NCBI GenBank assembly: GCA_965227295.1
Contig: OZ245742.1
Span: forward strand, 1,408,001 to 1,472,000
Source: Leptonemataceae bacterium
Lineage (GTDB): Bacteria > Spirochaetota > Leptospiria > Leptospirales > Leptonemataceae
Direction: 5' to 3'
Length of the DNA stretch: 64,000 bases
This document shows, piece by piece, positions 29,066 to 38,882 of this stretch. The translations under genes and the position numbers were made by a program. How positions within the stretch are numbered: position 1 is the first letter of the stretch; every line of letters starts with the position of its first letter. The notes under the pieces were generated by a model that saw nothing but the letters and a program-made list of their open reading frames with translations, did no database searches and had not been told where the DNA came from.

Positions 29066-29144
29066 TTGCGGCCCTTCATCGCGACGCCAACAAGATTTCC
29101 CGAATTTCGGTTGAGGCGGCGGTGGTACGCGGTGGGATCGTTCC

Positions 29145-29867
29145 GTGTCGGATGTGGATGATCAGGCGGGGCTCACGGAATACCTGGGCCGGTACATTAC
29201 GCAGCACAAACGTGAGACGATGCAGGCGGTGCTGGATCATCGCACGGACTTCGTGACGGTGGTGCTGGAGGACATCTATCAGCCGCACAACGCGAGCGCG
29301 GTGCTGCGTACGTCCGATTGCTACGGCGTCCAGAACGTGCACATTATCGAGAATCGGAATAGCTACCGTGTGAATCCCCAGGTGGCCATGGGGTCGGCGA
29401 AGTGGCTGTCGTTGCATCGGTATCGCGAGCAGGACGCCGACAACACGCGGGGTTGCCTGGACGCGCTGCGTGCCGCCGGCTATCTTTTGGTGGCGACGAC
29501 GCCGAACGTGGAGCCGGCCTACACGCCGCACGATCTGCCGCTGGACCGCCCGGTGGCCTTGTTGTTCGGTACGGAAGAAGAAGGACTGACCGGGGCCGCG
29601 TTGGACGCGGCGGACTGCGCGCTGAACATCCCGGCCTTCGGGTTCACGCAGAGTTACAATATTTCGGTGAGCGTGGCGATTACGCTGACGACGCTCATGC
29701 ACCGGCTGCACGTAAGTGATGTTGCCTGGAAGCTAAACAAACGGCGGCGGGCGGAGTTGTTGTTGGAGTGGTATCGCCGGGTGGTCACACGCCACGAGGA
29801 CATCGAGCGGCGGTTTTTTCAGGAATCCTCCGGCCACAGAGGCACAGGGGACACAGAGGGCGGGTAA
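29145..29867 (+). CDS. trmH: SpoU/TrmH-family tRNA 2'-O-methyltransferase
   Basis: VVLEDIYQPHNASAVLRTSD, MGSAKW, LFGTEEEG, IP.FGFTQSYNISV. Confidence 0.88.
   Translation: MSDVDDQAGLTEYLGRYITQHKRETMQAVLDHRTDFVTVVLEDIYQPHNASAVLRTSDCYGVQNVHIIENRNSYRVNPQVAMGSAKWLSLHRYREQDADNTRGCLDALRAAGYLLVATTPNVEPAYTPHDLPLDRPVALLFGTEEEGLTGAALDAADCALNIPAFGFTQSYNISVSVAITLTTLMHRLHVSDVAWKLNKRRRAELLLEWYRRVVTRHEDIERRFFQESSGHRGTGDTEGG
29833..29858 (+). repeat. Solo copy of the CACAGAG triplet repeat inside the trmH 3' end
   Basis: GCCACAGAGGCACAGGGGACACAGAG, one mismatch to the arm at 30483. Confidence 0.7.
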
Positions 29868-29950
29868 GGCTGAGCCCTGGAAAGCGCGGTCGCCGCAGGC
29901 GGCGCGCCGAAGCACATCTGGCCTTGTAGGCTCCCCTTAAGTTCGGGGCA

Positions 29951-30427
29951 TCAACGATTAAACACAGTCCTGGAACCGGCGTACCGCGGTTTCCAGTAGA
30001 CGTTGCGAATGTCGGCGTAGCTCACGGTCTTGCCGGAACTCGGCGCGTGAATGAAGCGATAGTTGCCGACGTAAATGCCCACGTGGGAAACCTTGTTGCC
30101 CGACGTGCGGAAGAACACCAGGTCGCCGACTTTCGGAACGCGCAGGGGATCGAGCTTGCTGTACTGCGCCGTTGTTGCCCGCGGCAGTTTGTAACCGGCG
30201 CGCTTGTAGACGTAGCTCGTAAATCCGGAGCAGTCGAAACCCGAGGGACTGTTGCCGCCGTACTTGTAAGGCGTGCCCAGGTACTTCTGCGCGATCTCCA
30301 CGATGCCGCCGCCGTCATACTTCGTTACCCGGCGATCTTCGGAGTACGACCCCGCGTTCGCGTGCAGCGTGCCCGCGACGAGGAACGCGGTGGCCGTGAA
30401 TAAGGTGGCTATGCGGCGGAACTTCAT
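29951..30427 (-). CDS. NlpC/P60 (C40) cell-wall peptidase
   Basis: Signal peptide; LGTPYKYGG, GFDCSGF, GDLVFF, SHVGIY, FIHAPS. Confidence 0.95.
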   Translation of the reverse strand: MKFRRIATLFTATAFLVAGTLHANAGSYSEDRRVTKYDGGGIVEIAQKYLGTPYKYGGNSPSGFDCSGFTSYVYKRAGYKLPRATTAQYSKLDPLRVPKVGDLVFFRTSGNKVSHVGIYVGNYRFIHAPSSGKTVSYADIRNVYWKPRYAGSRTVFNR

Positions 30428-30479
30428 GGTGTACGTATCGAACTCCGCGGGGCTGAAATTCAGTGCCTGCCAGGAACTT

Positions 30480-30634
30480 TTTGCCACAGAGGCACAGAGG
30501 ACACAGAGAGCGATCGTAGAAGATTGTTCTCAGGCTATGATAGTTGGGGCTTGTTTAAACAACTCCAACCGTTCTTAACCTGTCCCCTTTCACTCTGCGA
30601 AATCTCTCTGTGTCCTCTGTGCCTCTGTGGCAAA
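30480..30634. repeat. Inverted-repeat element (31-bp perfect arms, 93-bp spacer)
   Basis: TTTGCCACAGAGGCACAGAGGACACAGAGAG (30480-30510) and exact reverse complement (30604-30634). Confidence 0.9.
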
Positions 30635-30650
30635 GGGAACTACATTACGG

Positions 30651-31628
30651 CTACAGCGGAAACCAACACGCCGCGTCCGTGTTGCCGTGTTGTTCGAGGC
30701 GCGGCTCATCTTCTTTGCAGCGCTGTTGCACCATGGGACAACGCGTGTGAAATTTACAGCCGGGCGGCGGGTTCACCGGGCTCGGGACCTCGCCGCTGAG
30801 CAGCATGGGTTTCTTGCTGCGATCCAGCGTGGGGATGGAGTCCAGCAGGGCGCGGGTGTACGGATGCGACGGCTGTGAGTAGAGCGCGTCGGTTTCGCCG
30901 TGCTCGGCGATTTGGCCCAGATACATGACGTAGACGTGGTCGCTGATCGTGCGGACCAGCGAGAGATCGTGGGAGATGAACAGCAGGGACAGCCCCAGGT
31001 CCTCTTTGAGTTCGAGCAGGAGATTCACGATCTGTGCCTGCACGGATACGTCCAGGGCGGAGACGATTTCGTCGGCGACGATGAGCTTCGGCCGCAGCGC
31101 AATCGCCCTCGCAATGCTGATGCGCTGGCGCTGGCCGCCGGAGAATGCGTGGGGATAGCGTTCCATGTAATCGGCGCTGAGGCCGACCTTGCGGAGATTT
31201 TCGGCGACGGCCGCCCGGGCCTCGTCTTTATTTCGAACCATGCCGTGGACTAACATCGGTTCGGCGACGATTTCGTAGACCGTGTGCCGCGGATTCAGCG
31301 ACGAGTAGGGATCCTGGAAGATGACCTGGTAGTCGCGGCGATACGGTTTCCAGGCCGCCGCACGATGGATGTCGAGGTCCTGGCCGCCGAGCCGCAACGT
31401 GCCGGACGTCGGGCGGACCAGGCCCAGGATGGCGTTGCCGAGCGTACTCTTGCCGCAGCCGGATTCGCCGACCACCGAGATGAGCGACTTCGGCGGCACG
31501 GTGAGCGAGACGCCGTTCACGGCCTTCACGTGTCCGACGGTCCGTTTGAGGATGCCGCCCTTAACCGGGAAGTGGACCTTGAGGTCCCGGACTTCTACGA
31601 GGGGCTGTGTCTGTGTCGCGCTGCTCAT
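30651..31628 (-). CDS. oppF: Oligopeptide ABC transporter ATP-binding protein (OppF-like)
   Basis: GESGCGKS, FQDPYSSLNP, FSGGQRQR, HPYT..L, NPPPGCKFHTRCP; start ATG 31628. Confidence 0.9.
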   Translation of the reverse strand: MSSATQTQPLVEVRDLKVHFPVKGGILKRTVGHVKAVNGVSLTVPPKSLISVVGESGCGKSTLGNAILGLVRPTSGTLRLGGQDLDIHRAAAWKPYRRDYQVIFQDPYSSLNPRHTVYEIVAEPMLVHGMVRNKDEARAAVAENLRKVGLSADYMERYPHAFSGGQRQRISIARAIALRPKLIVADEIVSALDVSVQAQIVNLLLELKEDLGLSLLFISHDLSLVRTISDHVYVMYLGQIAEHGETDALYSQPSHPYTRALLDSIPTLDRSKKPMLLSGEVPSPVNPPPGCKFHTRCPMVQQRCKEDEPRLEQHGNTDAACWFPL

Positions 31629-31653
31629 CTTGCTAAGTGATGTTCGTATGGTA

Positions 31654-32745
31654 TTAGTGCTTCGCCGCCGTTTGTTCCGCGTCGTGGTACAGAAAACACG
31701 CAACGCTGCGATTGCCGGCGCCGGGAATGTTCGCCTGATCCGCGCCCTGTTCGCCGCGCTCCGCCGTTTGTAGATGCGGCCGGGCCGTGCACGCCTCGAA
31801 CGCCCGCGGGCAGCGTTCCCGAAAACGACAACCGTCGTCGTAGTCTTTCGGCCGCGGTACCTGGCCGCCGATGGGCTGCAACGCCTTGCCGCGATCTCCG
31901 TAAAGATCGGGCAGGGCCGCGAGCAGTCCGCGGCTGTACGGGTGCAACGGTTGCGCGAGAAAATCTTCGACGGGGGCCTCTTCGACAATGCGTCCGGCGT
32001 ACATTACCGCGAGGCGATCGGCGTACTGGGCGATGAGCCCTAAGTTGTGCGTAATCAACAGTACGGTGGTGCCCTCTTCACGTTGCAGTTCCACGAGCAG
32101 TTCCATGATCTGCGCCTGCACGGTGACGTCCAGGGCCGTCGTCGGTTCGTCGGCGATGATGACCGCAGGCTTGAGCAGGAGGGCCATGGCGATGACGACG
32201 CGTTGCAACATGCCGCCGGAGAGTTCGTGGGGATAACCCGACAGGATGCGATCGGGGTCCGCGAAACCCACGCGCCGGAGCAACTCGCGGATGCGCACGT
32301 CGGGATCGCCGCTGTAGGCGTGATAGTCGAAGACTTCCCGTAACTGCTGTTGGATCGTCATTAGCGGATTCAGCGCCGCCGACGGTTCCTGGAAGATCAT
32401 GGCGATGCGGTCGCCGCGGAGATCGCGCAGTTCTTCCTGGCTCATGGCCAGGATGTCCGTGGCGGGTTTCGCGCCGACGCCGTCGGGATCGAAGAGGATG
32501 CGCCCGGCGAGCACGCGGCCGCCGGGGGACGGCAACAATCGCAACAACGAAAGCGCCGTGACGGTTTTGCCGCAGCCGGACTCGCCGACCAATCCCAGGA
32601 CCTCGCCGCGCCGCAGCTCGAAGTTCACGCGGTCCGTAATCGCGGTAACACCTTCGTCGTTCGCGAAGCCGATGGAAAGATCTTCTACTTTAAGTATCGC
32701 TGCCAAATCTTTCTGTATCCGGTATGGTTGTCTTGCTTCTGTCAA
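31654..32745 (-). CDS. oppD: Oligopeptide ABC transporter ATP-binding protein (OppD-like)
   Basis: GESGCGKT, LSGGMLQR, ADEPTTALD, HPYS..L, CRFRERC. Confidence 0.9.
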   Translation of the reverse strand: MTEARQPYRIQKDLAAILKVEDLSIGFANDEGVTAITDRVNFELRRGEVLGLVGESGCGKTVTALSLLRLLPSPGGRVLAGRILFDPDGVGAKPATDILAMSQEELRDLRGDRIAMIFQEPSAALNPLMTIQQQLREVFDYHAYSGDPDVRIRELLRRVGFADPDRILSGYPHELSGGMLQRVVIAMALLLKPAVIIADEPTTALDVTVQAQIMELLVELQREEGTTVLLITHNLGLIAQYADRLAVMYAGRIVEEAPVEDFLAQPLHPYSRGLLAALPDLYGDRGKALQPIGGQVPRPKDYDDGCRFRERCPRAFEACTARPHLQTAERGEQGADQANIPGAGNRSVACFLYHDAEQTAAKH

Positions 32746-32761
32746 TCCGATCTTACGAATT

Positions 32762-33799
32762 TCATTCCACCCGTTGCCGGGACTTCGGATCGAAGGCTTC
32801 GCGTGCGCCTTCGCCGATGAACGTGGCGAGCATGAGCGTGGCGAACAACGCCGCCGTGGTCGCCAGGGTGATGCGTGGGTGTTCGCGGATGACGTCCAGG
32901 CCCTGCTGTAACAGCTCGCCCCAGGAGGGCGTGGGCGGCGGCAGGCCGAAGCCCAGAAAGTCCAGCGCGGTGAGCGAAGTGATGCCGCTGATCAACGTAA
33001 ACGGCAGGATCGTAATCACCGGCGTGAGTGCGTTGGGCAGGATGTGCCGGAAAAAAATGCGCACATGGCCGAGGCCCAGGGCCCGGGCGTTGCGCACGTA
33101 GGCTTGATCGCGCAGTTTCAAGAACTCGCCGCGCATGTAGTACGATAGACCGATCCAGGTAAAGAGCGACATCACGGAAACCAACACGGGGAAGCTGTAG
33201 CCGTAGATGGCGCCGATCAGGATGACCACGTAGAGGAACGGCAGCGCCGACCAGACTTCGATGATGCGCTGGACGGTAAGATCAAATACGCCGGCGATGT
33301 AACCCTGGATCCCGCCGATGATGATGCCGAGCACCGCGCTCACGAGTACGATGGCCAGCGAAAACAACATGCAGATGCGAAAGCCGTAGATGAGCCGCAC
33401 AAGTAAGTCGCGACCCAGGCGATCACTGCCCAGGTAGTGCGCGTGTTCGAAGGACGGTGCGAACGGCGGCGTGCCCGGTTGATCGAGGTCGGCGGTGTTC
33501 GGTCCGTGGGGGATGAGCGCGCTGATCATGAACGCCTGCGCGCGGAAGTCCGCGTTTTTGCGCAGGGCCGTGTAGTCCGCGGCTTCTTCGTAGGGCTGGC
33601 CGAAATCGGTGCCGGGATAATAGTAGAGCACGGGAAAGTACGACTGGCCTTTGTAGCTAATGTAGAGCGGCCGATCGTTGGCGATGAACTCACTGAACAG
33701 AGACAGCACGAAGGCGACGCTCAGGATCAGCAGCGAGTACCACGCGCGCTTGATGGCATGGAAACGCCGAAAGCGATCTTTGGTTATCTCCGAGAACAT
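32762..33799 (-). CDS. Peptide ABC transporter permease (OppC/YejE-like)
   Basis: LGSDRLGRD, MRGEFLKLR, HILPNAL, LDFLGFGLP..PSWGELL. Confidence 0.92.
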   Translation of the reverse strand: MFSEITKDRFRRFHAIKRAWYSLLILSVAFVLSLFSEFIANDRPLYISYKGQSYFPVLYYYPGTDFGQPYEEAADYTALRKNADFRAQAFMISALIPHGPNTADLDQPGTPPFAPSFEHAHYLGSDRLGRDLLVRLIYGFRICMLFSLAIVLVSAVLGIIIGGIQGYIAGVFDLTVQRIIEVWSALPFLYVVILIGAIYGYSFPVLVSVMSLFTWIGLSYYMRGEFLKLRDQAYVRNARALGLGHVRIFFRHILPNALTPVITILPFTLISGITSLTALDFLGFGLPPPTPSWGELLQQGLDVIREHPRITLATTAALFATLMLATFIGEGAREAFDPKSRQRVE

Positions 33800-33818
33800 A
33801 CCTGTGCTACTTTTTTTG

Positions 33819-33956
33819 ACTCCGAGGACCGAGCTGCCGAGGTTTTTGGGGAGGAGCTTCGCGGTGTGAATGCGGCCTGGTTATGAGTGCTGTAATTGTT
33901 TTTTCTTTCACCTGTTCAATCTCAATCTTAACCCTCGATACCTCGGTCCTCGGAGT
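33819..33956. repeat. Inverted-repeat element, CCGAG-unit family (copy 1)
   Basis: ACTCCGAGGACCGAG (33819-33833) / CTCGGTCCTCGGAGT (33942-33956), extended by a third degenerate unit. Confidence 0.8.
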
Positions 33957-33966
33957 TAATTCTGCT

Positions 33967-34980
33967 TCAATCAAAACGTATCCTCGGATCGATGACGACG
34001 TAGAGGATGTCGGAAAATAGCCGGCCGAGCATGGTGAGGATGCTCACCAGCAGGATGATGCCCATCACCACGTTGTAATCCCGGTCCAGGATCGCGGTGT
34101 AGACGAGCAGCCCCATGCCGTCGATGTTGAAAACCTTTTCGATTAACAGTGCCCCGGCGAAGATTAGCGTGAACACCTCGGACAACCGCGTGGCGATGGG
34201 GATGAGCGCGTTGCGAAGGGCGTGTTTCCAGACGGCCAGATCGAACGGCGAGCCCTTCACCAGGGCCGTGCGCAGATAGTCCTTGCTGATTTCTTCGAGC
34301 AGGCTGTTTTTCATGAGCAGCGTGAGAAAGGCAAACTCCGACGCCATGTAGCAAATGATCGGCAGGAACATGTGATGCAAAAAGTCGCCGACCTGGCCGA
34401 AGAACGTCAGTCGTTCCCAGTCGTCCGAAACGATGCCGCCGATGGGAAAGAGATCGAGGTACGAACCGCCGGCAAAAAAGACGATCAGCAAAAGTCCGAG
34501 CACGTAACCGGGAATCACGTAGCCGGCAAAGATCACCGCCGATGTGCTCACATCGAACGTGGACATGTGCTTGAGCGCCTTTTTGTGTCCGAGAGGGATG
34601 CATACGGCGTAAGCCAGCAAAAACGAAGTGAGCCCGAAAAAGAGCGAGATCGGCATGCGCCGGGTGATGACGTCCCACACCGGTTCGTGATAACTGAAAG
34701 AATCGCCGAGGTCCAGCGTCAGCACGTTACCGAGCCAGATGAAGTAGCGCTGCCAGGCGGGTTTGTCGTAGCCGTAGTAGGCCTTGATGTACTCGAGTTC
34801 CTGCGCCGAGATGATGCGCGTGGTGTCGACGCCCTGGGCGCTGGCGGCCTGGCGGACGTTGGAGATGTACTGCTCGACGGGGCCGCCCGGGAGAAACTGC
34901 GTCAGCGTGAATACGAGCACCGTAATCCCGAGGAGCGTCGGGATCATGAGCAGGAGGCGTCTGAGGATGTAAGCTTTCAC
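33967..34980 (-). CDS. Peptide ABC transporter permease (OppB/YejB-like)
   Basis: YILRRLLLMIPTLLG, PGGPVE, KNSLLEE..KDY, HALRNA, DPRI. Confidence 0.93.
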   Translation of the reverse strand: MKAYILRRLLLMIPTLLGITVLVFTLTQFLPGGPVEQYISNVRQAASAQGVDTTRIISAQELEYIKAYYGYDKPAWQRYFIWLGNVLTLDLGDSFSYHEPVWDVITRRMPISLFFGLTSFLLAYAVCIPLGHKKALKHMSTFDVSTSAVIFAGYVIPGYVLGLLLIVFFAGGSYLDLFPIGGIVSDDWERLTFFGQVGDFLHHMFLPIICYMASEFAFLTLLMKNSLLEEISKDYLRTALVKGSPFDLAVWKHALRNALIPIATRLSEVFTLIFAGALLIEKVFNIDGMGLLVYTAILDRDYNVVMGIILLVSILTMLGRLFSDILYVVIDPRIRFD

Positions 34981-34992
34981 GGAAGAAGAATT

Positions 34993-35130
34993 AACTCCGA
35001 GGACCGAGGAGACGAGGCCAGGGCGAGATTGAAAAAAGTAAAAGGAGAGTCACTACACCAGTCTTTGCCCACAAACCTTCACGCAACGAAATCTCTCCCC
35101 AAAATCCTCGGTCCCTCGGCCCTCGGAGTT
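34993..35130. repeat. Inverted-repeat element, CCGAG-unit family (copy 2)
   Basis: AACTCCGAGGACCGAGGAGACGAGG (34993-35017) / CCTCGGTCCCTCGGCCCTCGGAGTT (35106-35130). Confidence 0.8.
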
Positions 35131-35140
35131 CATCCAAACC

Positions 35141-36952
35141 TTAAGGCCCCTTGTAGATGACCTTATCCGGTTCGCCCGGTAATTCGCTGTTGTCTTTGAT
35201 CGCCGTTTCCAGGGCAGCCTGTTTTTGTTCGTCGTACCACCAGTATACCAGCGCCGAGTTCTCGCGGCTGTACTTGTTGATGACGTACTCCGGTGTTCCG
35301 AATTTGTTCCAGTACAGGAGACGCGTTTTGTCCGCCTGCCAGAGTAAGACGAACGGCGTGAGTTCCAGCAATCGCGCGTCCAGTTGTTTGATGAGCGTAT
35401 TGCGGCGCCCCAGGTTCGTTTCGAACTTGAGTTTCTCCAGGATGGCGTCCACTGTTTCGTCTTTTACGCCGGCCAGGTTGTACGAGGACTCCAGATCCGC
35501 GAAACGCGAGTGAAACATGGGCTCCGGATCGCGCAGGCGGGAGGCCCCGGTGTTGATCCAGAAGATGTCGAACTGAAACGAGTCCGTGCGTTTGGTGACC
35601 TCGGCCTTGGAGCGCAGCTCGATCTTCGCGTCGATGCCGACCTTCTTAAGATCTTCAATGTACAGGTTTAGATGGCGTTGGTCGCTCGCATATGTTAAGA
35701 ACGTAACCGACAACGGCTGCCCGTCCTTCCGGCGTTTGCCGCCGGGGCCGACGGCCCAGCCGGCCTCGTCCAGGAGATCCCGGGCCTTCGCCGGATCGTA
35801 GCGCACCACCGGCACCGCCGGGTTCTGGTTCTTCGGATAGAGGTCCGGGAAGTACGAGTTCAACAGAAAGTATTCGTTAAACATCAACTTTTCGTTCATT
35901 AGCGGAAGGTTGATGAGGCGCGTGAGGGCCTCCCGCACGCGCGGGTCCGCGAATTTATCGAGACGCATGTTGATGGCCAGGCCCTGGAAACCCAGCGGTT
36001 GTTTGTTGTACGCGGCCTGGCGGACGATGTGATTCTTTTGCACGGCCTCGATGTTTTGCGTCTGCTCGGCCCAGATGGAAGCCGTGTAGATGGCGTAAAG
36101 ATCGTAGTCGCCTTTCTTGAACGCTTCCAGCGCTGCCGTGCGATCTTCCATGAACTTATAGCGGATGTAATCGAAGTTGAACTTGTTTTGATTGTAGCCG
36201 CGCGCCCGCGCCCACCAATCGCCGCGACGTTCCAGCAGCACGTAACGATTGCGACGGAATTCGCGGATCTTGTACGGACCGTTTACGACCGGAAAGTCGA
36301 AGTTGACCTTGTTGAAGTCCTCGCCTTCCCAGACGTGCTTCGGGAAGGCGTAGAACCCGCCGGCGTCCCAGAAGGCACGCCAGTGTTTTTCCTTCGCCAC
36401 GATCTTTACGGTTTTTTCGTCGATGACTTCCGGACGTTCGAAGCGTTCGAGAATGGAACGCGGGATCGTCGTAAGATGTTTCGGGTTCATGATGACGTCG
36501 TAGTAGAACTGCACGTCGGCAGCGCTTACCGGCTTGCCGTCGGACCACTGCGCGTCCGGATGAATGGTAAACGTGAAGGTTTTGCCGTCGGCGCCGCGGT
36601 CCCACTGTGCGGCCAGGTCGCCCACCGGCTCTTCGCGTACGCTGTGCAGATCGATGAGCGCGTGAAACATGAGGTTGTTGATTTCGGCGGTTGTGGCCCA
36701 GTTGTCCAGCCAGGAGTTCAGGGTCTTCGGGAACGGTCCGCCCCAGAGATTGAACGTGCCGCCCTTAACGGCGCCGTCCACCGCGATGGGGTCCGCGCTG
36801 CCAGGGCCCTCGACTTCGTAGGGTTCCGTTTGCACCGGCGGAAGTTCGGTGGAAGAATCGTTTTTTCCGTTGCAAGCCAGGACGGTTCCCGCGAGAACCA
36901 GGATTGGAATGATGGTGCGGTACGTGCGGAGATCTGAGTGCAGTTTCATCAT
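35141..36952 (-). CDS. Peptide ABC transporter substrate-binding lipoprotein (family 5, YejA-like)
   Basis: Lipobox VLAC, WSDGKPVSAADV, GPYK, F.DPRVREAL, YWNKFG; start taken at ATG 36952. Confidence 0.9.
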   Translation of the reverse strand: MMKLHSDLRTYRTIIPILVLAGTVLACNGKNDSSTELPPVQTEPYEVEGPGSADPIAVDGAVKGGTFNLWGGPFPKTLNSWLDNWATTAEINNLMFHALIDLHSVREEPVGDLAAQWDRGADGKTFTFTIHPDAQWSDGKPVSAADVQFYYDVIMNPKHLTTIPRSILERFERPEVIDEKTVKIVAKEKHWRAFWDAGGFYAFPKHVWEGEDFNKVNFDFPVVNGPYKIREFRRNRYVLLERRGDWWARARGYNQNKFNFDYIRYKFMEDRTAALEAFKKGDYDLYAIYTASIWAEQTQNIEAVQKNHIVRQAAYNKQPLGFQGLAINMRLDKFADPRVREALTRLINLPLMNEKLMFNEYFLLNSYFPDLYPKNQNPAVPVVRYDPAKARDLLDEAGWAVGPGGKRRKDGQPLSVTFLTYASDQRHLNLYIEDLKKVGIDAKIELRSKAEVTKRTDSFQFDIFWINTGASRLRDPEPMFHSRFADLESSYNLAGVKDETVDAILEKLKFETNLGRRNTLIKQLDARLLELTPFVLLWQADKTRLLYWNKFGTPEYVINKYSRENSALVYWWYDEQKQAALETAIKDNSELPGEPDKVIYKGP

Positions 36953-36956
36953 AAAT

Positions 36957-38882
36957 ATGCTTCTGAAGACGCTGGTATGGGTCATGCCTGTGTCGGTTGT
37001 TTCGGTTGTCGGGCCGTCGTGCAATAACAATCCTTACGGATCGTACTCCGATCGCAAGGTCTTCTATACGTCTCTCGACGAAAATCCGGCTACCCTTGAT
37101 CCCCAGCGGATCAGCGACGTGGACTCGCAGTACGTCGGATCGAATATTCACGACACGCCGTACGAGTTCCACTATCTCAAGCGTCCGCTGGAGCTGCAGC
37201 CGTCCATGGCCCGGGCGATGCCCGAGACCGGCTGGAAAACCGTGGGCGGTCGCCGCGTATACTTTATGAGATTCTCGCTCAAGCGCGGCCTGCGTTTCGA
37301 CGACGACCCGTGTTTTGCTGACGGCCGCGGCCGCGAGATTACCGTGGACGATCTGATCCTGGCCATTCGTCGCGCGGCCGACGATTCCATCGAACCCTTC
37401 GGCAAGACCTTTCTGATGGACCGGCTCATCGGCTTTCGCGAGTTTCACGAGAATTTTGACGAAGCCCCGCAGGCGGCCATCGCCGGCGTCGCACGCATCG
37501 ACGATGACACGCTGGAGTTGTTATACGATGCTCCGTATCCCCAGGCGATCTACTTTCTCGCGCACGTTACGTCGTCGCCGGTGCCGGCCGAGTGCCTTGC
37601 CTACTACAACGGTGAAGACGGCCGGCCGGCGTACGACCGCGCTGCCGTCGCCAGTGGTCCGTATCGCATTGCGGAGTGGCGGGATCATCATGAACTCATT
37701 CTCGAACGCAATCCGAATTACCGCGACGACGATCGCTATCCGGAGACGGGCGTGGAAGGCGATCGCGCGGCCGGGCTCTTAGATCGTGCCGGGCAGAAGT
37801 TACCGATGCTGGATACAGTGCGTGTGTTGATCATCAAACGCGGTCCGCCGAAGTGGGAGCTGTTCGGTCAGGGGTACCTGGATTTGTATCGCAACCGACT
37901 GGACCTGCAGGAACGGCTCATGCAGAGTCCCGATCGGGCCGCCGCGTTTGAACGCAAGAACGTCACGAAGGCCGTCGAGGTGGAGCTGTCGTCGTTCGGC
38001 TGGTCGTTCAATATGCTGGATCCGGTAATCGGTAGTAATCTAAAGTTAAGACAGGCCCTCTCGCTGGCCGTGGACCGCGAGGAGATGATCCGCCTGTTTC
38101 TACCCGGCCGCGCGACGATTGCCCACGGGCCGATTCCGCCGGGCATCGCCGGTCACGATCCGGAGTACACGAGTCCCTGGAGCCGCTACGATCCAGGGCG
38201 CGCGAAAGAGCTGCTGGCCGAGGCGGGTTATCCCGGCGGTGTCGATCCGGCCACGGGTCGCGCGCTGGAGTTGCAGTTGTTCGATCGGGCGGCGCAGGGG
38301 CGTGCGGCGATTTACCGTTTTTATATTGATCAGTTCGCGGATATCGGTGTGAAACTTACGGTGGATCAGATGGATTTTCCGACGCTCATTCAAAAAATGC
38401 ATGCGAAAAACTTTCAAATCATTCACTGGGGCTGGGGCGCGGACTACCCGGATCCCGAGAATTTTTTACAGCTCTTCTACGGGCCGAACGCGAAGTCCAC
38501 GTACAACTCCAGCTCCTACCGCAATGCTGAGTACGACGCCCTCTACGAACAAATGGCGCGCATGAACGACGGTCCGGAGCGCAGCGCGTTGATCCGGCGC
38601 ATGTACGACATCCTGAACGCCGATCTTCCGAAGACGTTTTTCTTTCACCGGCAGAGCCACTATTTTACCCAGGCCTGGGCCGCGCCGGTCAAACCCAGTC
38701 CGCTGGATTATCGCGAGATGAAGTACTGGGACGTGGACATCGAAGAGCGCGAACGCAAGGTCCGCGAGTGGAACAGCCTGAGCTTTACGGCCTGGCTGAT
38801 CGTCCTGTGTTTCGCGGCGGGGGCTGTCGCGCTGATCTACCTTTCCCGGCGAAGAATGCGCCACTGGAGCCGCGGTTCATGA
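36957..38882 (+). CDS. Peptide ABC transporter substrate-binding protein (family 5) with C-terminal TM
   Basis: LDP, YHYLKRP-like motif, FDDDPCF, SGPY, LRQAL..AVDR, WGADYPDPENFL; N-terminal Cys-containing signal; start uncertain. Confidence 0.88.
   Translation: MLLKTLVWVMPVSVVSVVGPSCNNNPYGSYSDRKVFYTSLDENPATLDPQRISDVDSQYVGSNIHDTPYEFHYLKRPLELQPSMARAMPETGWKTVGGRRVYFMRFSLKRGLRFDDDPCFADGRGREITVDDLILAIRRAADDSIEPFGKTFLMDRLIGFREFHENFDEAPQAAIAGVARIDDDTLELLYDAPYPQAIYFLAHVTSSPVPAECLAYYNGEDGRPAYDRAAVASGPYRIAEWRDHHELILERNPNYRDDDRYPETGVEGDRAAGLLDRAGQKLPMLDTVRVLIIKRGPPKWELFGQGYLDLYRNRLDLQERLMQSPDRAAAFERKNVTKAVEVELSSFGWSFNMLDPVIGSNLKLRQALSLAVDREEMIRLFLPGRATIAHGPIPPGIAGHDPEYTSPWSRYDPGRAKELLAEAGYPGGVDPATGRALELQLFDRAAQGRAAIYRFYIDQFADIGVKLTVDQMDFPTLIQKMHAKNFQIIHWGWGADYPDPENFLQLFYGPNAKSTYNSSSYRNAEYDALYEQMARMNDGPERSALIRRMYDILNADLPKTFFFHRQSHYFTQAWAAPVKPSPLDYREMKYWDVDIEERERKVREWNSLSFTAWLIVLCFAAGAVALIYLSRRRMRHWSRGS

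Noticed and set aside
29833-35130. Repeats as a CRISPR array
   Set aside because: Copies are inverted pairs, irregularly spaced and separated by genes; no cas genes
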